DNA of 27,187 bases from Myxococcota bacterium (GTDB taxonomy: Bacteria > Myxococcota_A > UBA9160 > PR03), in assembly GCA_041611735.1 (NCBI GenBank), contig JBFIML010000052.1, forward strand, positions 1 to 27,187, in the 5' to 3' direction. The position numbers were made by a program, and so were the translations under genes. The notes under the pieces are model-generated. The model was given only the letters and a program-made list of their open reading frames with translations, searched no databases and was not told the DNA's origin. This document shows positions 20,250 to 27,187 of this stretch, piece after piece (the stretch's first letter is position 1; every line of letters begins with the position of its first letter).

Positions 20250-22820
20250 TTGGGAGACGTCCACTTCGAAGTGCTGCCCAACGGGCTCACGCTGCTGCTG
20301 CGCGAGTCCCGACGCGCGCCCGTGGCCGCGGTCCAGATCTGGGCCCGCGTCGGCTCGGCCGACGAGCGCCCCGGCGAGGAGGGACTCGCCCACTTCCACG
20401 AGCACATGCTGTTCAAGGGCACCGAGCGGCGGGGCCTGGGGGAGGTGGCGGGCGAGATCGAAGGCGTGGGCGGGCGCATCAACGCCTACACGAGCTTCGA
20501 CGTGACGGTCTACCACGCCACCGTGCCGGCCGACGCCACCACGGCCGCCCTCGACGTGCTGGTGGACGCCGTGCGTCGCTCCGTCTTCGACCCGGACGAG
20601 ATCCGCCGGGAGATCGACGTGGTGCTGGAGGAGATCCGGCGCTCGGAGGACTCGCCGCACCAGGTGTGCGGGAATGCGCTCTTCGCGGAGCTGTATCGGG
20701 CGCATCCCTACCGGGCGCCGATCCTGGGCACGCGGGAGAGCGTCGCGTCCTTCGACCGCGACCGGGTGCGGGCCTTCTTCCGGCGCTGGTACACGCCGGA
20801 GCACCTGATGGTGGTGGCGGTGGGGGACTTCGACGCGCAGGCCCTGGGGCGGGCGGCGGCGGCGGCCTTCGCCGACGCGACACCCGGCGAGGCGCGCCGC
20901 GCGCGCCCGGCCGAGCCGGCGGAGCGCGTCCTCAGGGCCCTGCTGCTGCGACGGAACTTCGAGCGCGCCTGCGTGGAGCTCGGCTGGCCCGCGGTGGGAC
21001 TGGCGGACGCCGACACGGCGGCTCTCGATCTGCTGGGCTTCGTGCTGGGCGAGGGCGAGAGCAGCCGGCTGGTACGGCGGGTGAAGGAGCGCGCGGGCCT
21101 GGTGGATCGCATCGACGCCTTCGCGTACACGCCGCTCGATCCCGGGGTGTTCGGCGTGGCGGTGGACCTGGACCCGGAACGCACGGAGGACGCCCTGGCG
21201 GCGATCCTCCAGGAGACGGAGCGGGTGCGGCGCCACGGCGTCTCCGCGGAGGAGCTGGAGAAGGCGCGCACGAACTTCCTGGCCCAGGAGGACTTCGACC
21301 GCGAGAGCGTGGGCGGCCTGGCGCGCAAGCTCGGCTCCTTCCAGGCCCTGGCGGGGGACTTCCGGCGCGAGGCGGAGTACCTGGACGCGGTGCGGCGCGC
21401 CACGCCCGAGGACCTGCGGCGCGTGGCCCAGGACTACCTGGCGCCGGAGCGGCTCTCGATGGCAGCGGTGGTGCCGGAGGGGAGCGTCGCGGAGCTCGAC
21501 CCGGAGGCGCTGGTCGCCGCCGTGCGGCGCGGCGCCGACGCGCGCAGCGTGCAGGCGAGCGTCCTTGCGCCGGCCGCGCGGGCGCCGGAGCTGCGCCACT
21601 ACGCGCTCCCGAATGGGGCGGAGCTCTTCGTGGAGGCGCGCCGGGAGGTGCCGGTGGTGGCGGCGCGGGGCGCCTTCCTGGGTGGGCTGCTGGCCGAGGA
21701 CCAGAAGAACGCTGGTCTCACCAGCTTCTTGACCTCCATGTGGCTGCGCGGCACACGCCACCGCTCCGCGGCGGAGCTGGCGCGGGCGATCGAGTCGCTG
21801 GCCGCGGATCTGGACGGCTTCTCGGGGCGCAACTCGATGGGCGCGACGCTCGAGGTGCCGAGCGCGCGCCTGGAGCCAGCCCTGGATCTGTTCGCGGAGG
21901 TGCTGCTGGAGCCGGCCTTCGACGCCGAGGAGCTGGAGCGCGAGCGCCGCGACACGCTGGCGGCCATCGCCCGGCGCGAGGACCGGCTGGCGGCGCGCGC
22001 GTTCGATCTCTTCTGCGCCACGCACTGGGAGCGCCACCCGTACCGGCTGCCGCTGGTGGGGAGCGCCGAGAGCGTGGCGCGCGTCAGCCGGGCGGATCTC
22101 GAAGCCCACCACGCGCGTCTCGTGCGCAGCCGCAACCTGGCGCTGGCCGTCGTGGGCGATGTGGACCCGGACGACGTGGCCGAGGCCCTGGCGGGGCGGC
22201 TGGTGGATCTCGACGGCGGCGGCTTCGAGGCGCCCGCGCCGCCGCTGGAGGCGCCGCCCCGGGAGCCGCGCGAGGCGGAGCTCGTGAAGGAGCGCGCCCA
22301 GGCGCACCTGGTGATCGGCTTCCGCGGCGTGACGGTGCACGACGAGGACCGCTACGCCCTGGAGGTGATCGCCCAGCTGCTGGCGGGCCAGGGCGGGCGA
22401 TTGTTCCTGGAGCTGCGCGACCGGCGCAGCCTCGCCTACTCGGTGAGCGCCATGAACGTGGAGGGGCTCGCCCCGGGCTTCTTTGCGGTCTACATCGCCT
22501 CGGCCCCGGAGAAGCTGGGGGAGGCGCGCCGCGGGCTCTTCGAGGAGCTGGAGCGGCTGGTGCAGGAGGCGCCGTCGGACGCGGCGCTGGAGCGGGCGCG
22601 CCGTTACCTGGTGGGGAACTTCGCCATCGACCGGCAGCGCAACGCCGCCCGGGCCGCCCAGACCGCCCTGGACGTGCGCTACGGCCTCGGCGCGGACGCG
22701 GCCGTCCTCTACCCGGAGCGCATCCGGGCCGTGGGGCGCGAGGACGTGCTTCGCGTGGCCCGGCAGGTGGTGGACCTCTCGGCCTACACGCTGGCGGTGA
22801 TCCGCTCGCCCGGCTCGTAG
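20250..22820 (+). CDS. M16 family (pitrilysin/PqqL-like) zinc protease with fused active and inactive halves
   Basis: LPNGL, GLAHFHEHMLFKGT (HxxEH), INAYTSFD; second module LPNGA...HPY...ELRDRRSLAYSV. Start is TTG 20250 or GTG 20226. Confidence 0.93.
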   Translation: MGDVHFEVLPNGLTLLLRESRRAPVAAVQIWARVGSADERPGEEGLAHFHEHMLFKGTERRGLGEVAGEIEGVGGRINAYTSFDVTVYHATVPADATTAALDVLVDAVRRSVFDPDEIRREIDVVLEEIRRSEDSPHQVCGNALFAELYRAHPYRAPILGTRESVASFDRDRVRAFFRRWYTPEHLMVVAVGDFDAQALGRAAAAAFADATPGEARRARPAEPAERVLRALLLRRNFERACVELGWPAVGLADADTAALDLLGFVLGEGESSRLVRRVKERAGLVDRIDAFAYTPLDPGVFGVAVDLDPERTEDALAAILQETERVRRHGVSAEELEKARTNFLAQEDFDRESVGGLARKLGSFQALAGDFRREAEYLDAVRRATPEDLRRVAQDYLAPERLSMAAVVPEGSVAELDPEALVAAVRRGADARSVQASVLAPAARAPELRHYALPNGAELFVEARREVPVVAARGAFLGGLLAEDQKNAGLTSFLTSMWLRGTRHRSAAELARAIESLAADLDGFSGRNSMGATLEVPSARLEPALDLFAEVLLEPAFDAEELERERRDTLAAIARREDRLAARAFDLFCATHWERHPYRLPLVGSAESVARVSRADLEAHHARLVRSRNLALAVVGDVDPDDVAEALAGRLVDLDGGGFEAPAPPLEAPPREPREAELVKERAQAHLVIGFRGVTVHDEDRYALEVIAQLLAGQGGRLFLELRDRRSLAYSVSAMNVEGLAPGFFAVYIASAPEKLGEARRGLFEELERLVQEAPSDAALERARRYLVGNFAIDRQRNAARAAQTALDVRYGLGADAAVLYPERIRAVGREDVLRVARQVVDLSAYTLAVIRSPGS

Positions 22821-24604
22821 GCGACCAGCGGCGGGCGGCCTGAGCGAACGCCGAGCTCGAAGCGCAGCCGGTCCGGCGCGTGGCCGGCGCAGCGCACGAT
22901 CCCCCGATGCACGCCGCGCAGGTGGTGCCAGGCGCACAGGGTCGTGCGGTTCGAGAGCTCGTTGGAGCCGCCTTGGGAACGGAAGACCACGTGGTGGTCG
23001 TGCAGGTTCTTGTAGGACGAGCAGCCGGGCACCGTGCAGCGCCAGCCGTCGCGGTCGAAGACCGGGTGGGGCGCGCCGGGGCTCCGCCAGGCGTGGAAGA
23101 CGTGCTCGAGCATGGCGTCGAGGGCCTGGCCCTCGCTGGGCGTGCCGGGGAGGCGTCTTCGGAGCGAGCAGAGGGCGGCGCGGAAGAAGCGGGTGGACGC
23201 GACCGGGCCGTTCCAGAAGACGCGGGCGGTCTCGGCTTCGCGCTGGCTTCCCGGGTCGTCTCGACCGGCGGCACTGGGATCCGCACCCGTTTGCCGCCCC
23301 GTGGGGTCGAGGACGCCGCTGGCCAGGGCTGCAGCCACGTCGTCCTGGAGGCGGCGCACCGAGACGCGCTGCGCGTGAGCGATCCAGCGCGCCCGGAAGC
23401 GCTCGGCGTGCTCCGGCACCAGCACCGGGAGGAGCGCGTGGGCCTGGACCCAGGAGATCCGTCCCTCGCGGAAGGCACGGCGCAGCTCCGGGCAGACGTC
23501 GCCGGCGCGCTCGAGGCGCAGCAGCATGCGGACCTTGCGGGGCGCCAGGCCGAGGCGTTCGCGGGCGTACTCCTCGAGGCTGCGGCAGCCGGCGTGCCGG
23601 TAGAGGCGCTCCCGGGCAACTTGCAGCAGGAGCGGCGCGAGCTTGGCTGCCAGGCGCTGCTCCAGGGTGAGGGCCGCGCGCAGGCGGGCGTCGAGGGCGA
23701 AGGCGTCGGCGTGCTCGAGATCGGCGACCAGGGGTGCCAGGGGGGCGGGAAGCAGGACGGGCCGCGCGCGCGGATCGGTGCCGGTGTCCGGGGCGGGTTC
23801 CGGGTGGGGCTCATTGCCGGGCCGGCCCTGGGATTCGCACCCGTTTGCCGCCCCGCGGGTCGGGGCGCACGCGCGGGTCTCCCCGGTCTCGCAGCCCGTC
23901 TCGCAGACCGCGGCGGCCGACGCCTGCGCGTCCAGCGGGAAGGCGGAGAGCACCTCGGCGGCGATCGTCTCCATGCACTCCCAGACCGGGAGCGCCTCGC
24001 CGGCCACGCGCCGGGCGAGCTGCCGCGCCGAGTGCCAGCGCGCCTGGACGCCCGGCGTGCAGCGGATGGCGAGGGTCTCCCGGGCGTCCTCGGGGATGCC
24101 GTCCTCGTCCGCCTGGGCCGCCCCGGCCTCGAGGGAGCCCACGTCCACCGCCCGCACCGCCCGGGCCAGGGCGCGCGCCGACGTGCCCCGGGCGAAGGCG
24201 AGCCAGCGCGGCTCGTCGGCGGACGTGGCCACGCGGCAGAGCAGCCGCGCCTCGGTCCACGTGAGCGTGCCGCCCACGAGCGCCGCCTCGACGCGCGGCA
24301 GCCCCGCCAGGGCGGCGTCCGTGCGCGCGAGATCCTGCACCGAGCGCGCGGCCAGGCCGAGGCGCTCGCGGGCGTAGTCCGAGAGGCGGGCGTAGCCGAG
24401 CCGCTCCCAGGCGCGGCGCTCGACCAGGCGGCCGGCCAGGGCCGCCACCACCCGCCGCAGGGCCCCGCCGCTCTCGGCCAGGGCCTCCAGGCGCTCGAGC
24501 GCGTCCCGGGCCGGCGGGGCGCGCACCACCCGGAGGGCAGGACGCGGGCCGGCGCGGATGCGGAGGACGGCGCGCGAGGCGCGGCGCCGCGAAGCCACGA
24601 ACAC
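22784..24604 (-). CDS. HNH endonuclease with duplicated DUF222-like helical domains
   Basis: C-terminal RDGWRCTVPGC...HDHHVVFRSQGGSNELSNRTTLCAWHH; two YARERLGL modules. Start uncertain (GTG 24604 or 24598). Overlaps the M16 gene end by 37 bp. Confidence 0.85.
   Translation of the reverse strand: MFVASRRRASRAVLRIRAGPRPALRVVRAPPARDALERLEALAESGGALRRVVAALAGRLVERRAWERLGYARLSDYARERLGLAARSVQDLARTDAALAGLPRVEAALVGGTLTWTEARLLCRVATSADEPRWLAFARGTSARALARAVRAVDVGSLEAGAAQADEDGIPEDARETLAIRCTPGVQARWHSARQLARRVAGEALPVWECMETIAAEVLSAFPLDAQASAAAVCETGCETGETRACAPTRGAANGCESQGRPGNEPHPEPAPDTGTDPRARPVLLPAPLAPLVADLEHADAFALDARLRAALTLEQRLAAKLAPLLLQVARERLYRHAGCRSLEEYARERLGLAPRKVRMLLRLERAGDVCPELRRAFREGRISWVQAHALLPVLVPEHAERFRARWIAHAQRVSVRRLQDDVAAALASGVLDPTGRQTGADPSAAGRDDPGSQREAETARVFWNGPVASTRFFRAALCSLRRRLPGTPSEGQALDAMLEHVFHAWRSPGAPHPVFDRDGWRCTVPGCSSYKNLHDHHVVFRSQGGSNELSNRTTLCAWHHLRGVHRGIVRCAGHAPDRLRFELGVRSGRPPLVAYEPGERITASV
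23274..23855. repeat. 28-bp direct repeat pair inside the HNH gene
   Basis: CTGGGATCCGCACCCGTTTGCCGCCCCG (23274-23301) and CTGGGATTCGCACCCGTTTGCCGCCCCG (23828-23855), 27/28 identical. Confidence 0.85.
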
Positions 24605-24696
24605 GACTTGGGAAGGCTCGCCCGGGACCGATCGGGGTAGCCGCCAGACTACGCGCCCCGCGTGACAGAAACGGTCACGCCCACGAGCGGGCCGCA

Positions 24697-24720
24697 AGAA
24701 AAAACGCCCGGAGCGCCCCC
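24697..24720 (-). terminator. Possible weak intrinsic terminator after the methyltransferase
   Basis: The - strand reads GGCGCT-CCG-GGCGTT followed by TTTTCTT directly after the stop; the stem relies on G-U pairs. Confidence 0.3.
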
Positions 24721-24721
24721 C

Positions 24722-25585
24722 CTACCCCGCCCGCTCCATCCAGAAGCTGCAGCCATGGGACGGCTGCACGCCCCGGTAGAGTTGATCGAGCTCGTCGCGC
24801 CGGTGCTGCCAGAGGTAGCGGTTGGCGATCACCACCCGGAAGTGCGGGTTGTACATCAAGAAGGCCTGGAGCAGGTACTGCTCGTTCCAGGTCTGGCCGC
24901 GCTGGAAGATCCAGGGCTCCGGGTACTCGGAGGGCAGGAAGATGTCGTGCAGGTGGATCAGCACCCCGGGACGCAGCCGCGGCAGGATGCGGAAGAAGAA
25001 CCAGTTGACGTCGCTGGCCACCTTGGCGCAGTGGGAGCCGTCGTAGAAGAGGACGTCCCCCGGGCCGAGGGCGTCGAAGAGCGCCAGCGGCACGCGCTGC
25101 ACGATGCCGCGGTGCAGCTCCCAGTCCTTGGGCAGGGCCGCGAAGATCACCTCGTTCGGGTAGGGATCCACCTGGGTCACCCGGCAGGGCTCCGGGTTGC
25201 GGGCCAGGGCCCGGGCCAGGAGCAGGCTCGACCAGCCGCACCCGATCTCCACGTAGCGACGCGGACGCCGCGAACGCACCAGCCCGTACTGCACCAGGGC
25301 GTCGGCGTTGTTCCAGAAGTCGTTCTCCCAGCAGTAGACGCCGGGCTGGCTCGCGCGCGGGGGGACGTCGGCGAGCTCCTCCACGAAGGCCGCCACCTCC
25401 CGGGCCACGGCCAGCTGGCCCTCCAGGTTCCAGTCGATCTCCGGCGGCTCCACGGGCTCCGCCCAGAGATCGCGGTTCGCGTCCAGGAAGTCGCAGTCGT
25501 TGAGCGGGCTGTAGAAGTCGTTGGGCTGGAAGTGGAAGCCGAGCCGCTGGAGCTGCCGGAAGCCGGTGGCGCGCAGGGTCTCCAT
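24722..25585 (-). CDS. Class I SAM-dependent methyltransferase (Methyltransf_24-like)
   Basis: VEIGCGWSS, DVLFYDGSH, SDVNW, LIHLHDIFLPSEYP, WNEQYLLQAFL; ATG at 25585. Confidence 0.88.
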   Translation of the reverse strand: METLRATGFRQLQRLGFHFQPNDFYSPLNDCDFLDANRDLWAEPVEPPEIDWNLEGQLAVAREVAAFVEELADVPPRASQPGVYCWENDFWNNADALVQYGLVRSRRPRRYVEIGCGWSSLLLARALARNPEPCRVTQVDPYPNEVIFAALPKDWELHRGIVQRVPLALFDALGPGDVLFYDGSHCAKVASDVNWFFFRILPRLRPGVLIHLHDIFLPSEYPEPWIFQRGQTWNEQYLLQAFLMYNPHFRVVIANRYLWQHRRDELDQLYRGVQPSHGCSFWMERAG

Positions 25586-25656
25586 GGCCGCGCGGACGTC
25601 CGGGCGTCGCCGGACGAATCTCAAGCTCGTGCCCTCCCCGGGGCCGACGGAGGACG

Positions 25657-26292
25657 CTACTCCCGCCGCGCCCGCTGGATCACCACCGGCTCCGTCGGCA
25701 CGTTCTGGTGCATGCCGCGGGAGCCCGTGGGCACCGCGGCGATCTTGTCCACCACGTCCATGCCGGAGGTGACGCGGCCGAACACCGCGTAGCCGAAGTC
25801 GCGCGCGCCGTGGTTCAGGAAGACGTTGTCCGAGAGGTTGATGAAGAACTGGGCGGTGGCGCTGTTCGGGTCGGAGAGGCGCGCCATGGCCAGGGTTCCA
25901 CGCGAGTTCAGGAGCCCGTTGTCGGCCTCGTTGCGGATCGGGGCGCGGGTCGACTTCTCCTGCATGTCCACGGTGAAGCCGCCGGCCTGGATCATGAAGC
26001 CCGGCATCACGCGGTGGAAGATCGTGCCGTCGTAGTGGCCGGCGTCCACGTAGCTGAGGAAGTTCTCCACCGTCTTCGGCGCCTTCTCGGCGTCGAGCTG
26101 GATCGTGATCGAACCCTGGTCCGTCTCGAACACCACCACCGGGGATCCTCCCTGCTTCGGGGTCTGGGCCTGGGGCGCCTGGGCCGGGGATGCGGGCGCG
26201 GCCGGCTGCGCGGTCTCGCCGCCGTTGGGTCGTCCGCACGCCACCAGCAGCGTGGCGGCGAGCGCGAAGACGAGAGCACGTCGGACCGGCAT
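25657..26292 (-). CDS. Cyclophilin-type peptidyl-prolyl isomerase, lipoprotein
   Basis: Lipobox [64 protein letters not shown] upstream of ATG 26292. Confidence 0.95.
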   Translation of the reverse strand: MPVRRALVFALAATLLVACGRPNGGETAQPAAPASPAQAPQAQTPKQGGSPVVVFETDQGSITIQLDAEKAPKTVENFLSYVDAGHYDGTIFHRVMPGFMIQAGGFTVDMQEKSTRAPIRNEADNGLLNSRGTLAMARLSDPNSATAQFFINLSDNVFLNHGARDFGYAVFGRVTSGMDVVDKIAAVPTGSRGMHQNVPTEPVVIQRARRE

Positions 26293-26324
26293 GGGCATCC
26301 CTCCTGGGGCGCGGGTCGCGGAGC

Positions 26325-27185
26325 CTACCGTCCGCGGGGCCCGAGCGCGAGGCCGTCGCTGCGCGGGTCGCTGCCGCCGCGGTGGAGGCCCTCGGCGCGG
26401 TCGATCTCGATGGCCTGGGCGCTGGACCAGTCGCGCGGCGAGACCTCCACCCGGTGGCCGCGGCGGCGCAGGGCCTCCACCACGTCGCGGGGGATGGCGC
26501 GCTCCAGGTAGAGGACGTCGGGCACCCACTGGTGGTGGAAGCGCGGCGCCGCCACCGCCTCGGCCACATCCATCTCCCACTCCACCACGTTCAGCAGCAC
26601 CTCGAGCACCGTGCTGATGATGCGAGGGCCGCCGGGGCTCCCCAGCACCAGGAGGGGCAGCCCGTCGCGCAGCACGATGGTGGGCGTCATGCTGGAGAGC
26701 GGGCGCTTGCCCGGGGCCACCGCGTTGGCGCCGCGCACGTCCACCAGCCCGAAGGCGTTGGGTCGGTTCGGCGCCACCGAGAAGTCGTCCATCTCGTCGT
26801 TCAGCACGATCCCCGTGCCGGGCACCGTGATGCCCGAGCCGAAGATCAGGTTCACGGTCTGGGTGATGGCGACAGCGTTGCCGGCGGCGTCGGTCACCGA
26901 GAGGTGGGTGGTGCCGCCGTCGAGGGTGGGCGCGCCGGGCGGCACGCCCGGCCCGTCCACTCGCAGGGCGCGCGGCGGGCCGCCCCAGCGCCAGGGCGGG
27001 CGCCGCCACCACGGCCGCTCGAGGCGCGCGCGCAGGCGCGCCGCCGAGTCCTTGGCCACCAGGCCCGCCACCGGCACCTCCACGAAGTCCGCGTCGCCGA
27101 GCCAGGCGGCGCGGTCCGCGAAGGCGAGCTTCAGGGCCTCGGCCACGCGGTGGATGGCCGCCGAGGAGCCGGCGCCGAGCCCCGC
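26325..27185 (-). CDS. ggt: Gamma-glutamyltransferase, 3' part (5' end outside the window)
   Basis: [10 protein letters not shown], autocleavage site [47 protein letters not shown]. Confidence 0.96.
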   Translation of the reverse strand, partial: AGLGAGSSAAIHRVAEALKLAFADRAAWLGDADFVEVPVAGLVAKDSAARLRARLERPWWRRPPWRWGGPPRALRVDGPGVPPGAPTLDGGTTHLSVTDAAGNAVAITQTVNLIFGSGITVPGTGIVLNDEMDDFSVAPNRPNAFGLVDVRGANAVAPGKRPLSSMTPTIVLRDGLPLLVLGSPGGPRIISTVLEVLLNVVEWEMDVAEAVAAPRFHHQWVPDVLYLERAIPRDVVEALRRRGHRVEVSPRDWSSAQAIEIDRAEGLHRGGSDPRSDGLALGPRGR

Positions 27186-27187
27186 CA

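Noticed and set aside
18960-22937. 1690-aa - strand ORF suggesting a giant HrcA fusion
   Set aside because: Only the last ~350 aa are HrcA. The rest is antisense to the M16 gene and out of frame over hemW.
23274-23855. 28-bp repeats as a CRISPR array
   Set aside because: There are only two copies, 554 bp apart and inside a CDS, with no cas genes.
25586-27012. Long N-terminal extensions of the methyltransferase and cyclophilin ORFs
   Set aside because: They overlap neighbouring genes in other frames. The real starts are at 25585 and about 26292 (SD and signal peptide).

Overview
High-GC bacterial chromosomal window (roughly 70-75% GC by eye). The gene content points to Myxococcota or a related deltaproteobacterial lineage (inference). 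On the + strand at the left are the 3' end of groEL and a pseudo-receiver/PilZ protein. A long, tightly packed - strand run follows, in transcription order: hemW, hrcA, grpE, dnaK, dnaJ, an LpoA/LppC-like lipoprotein, lon, thiL, a Dif-like chemosensory cassette (MCP, CheW, CheY, CheA, CheC), larB, larC and a small histone-fold gene. The right part holds an M16 zinc peptidase (+), then on - a DUF222-like/HNH endonuclease, a SAM methyltransferase, a cyclophilin lipoprotein and a partial ggt. Two observations stand out. (1) cheA is split into two frames exactly at an A9 run in the Hpt-P3 linker; this is a candidate programmed frameshift or slippage site giving a free Hpt protein plus full-length CheA, although a homopolymer sequencing error is not excluded. 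(2) A 73-aa bacterial protein closely resembles archaeal HMf-type histones and has its own near-consensus sigma70 promoter. No rRNA, tRNA or CRISPR array was seen.
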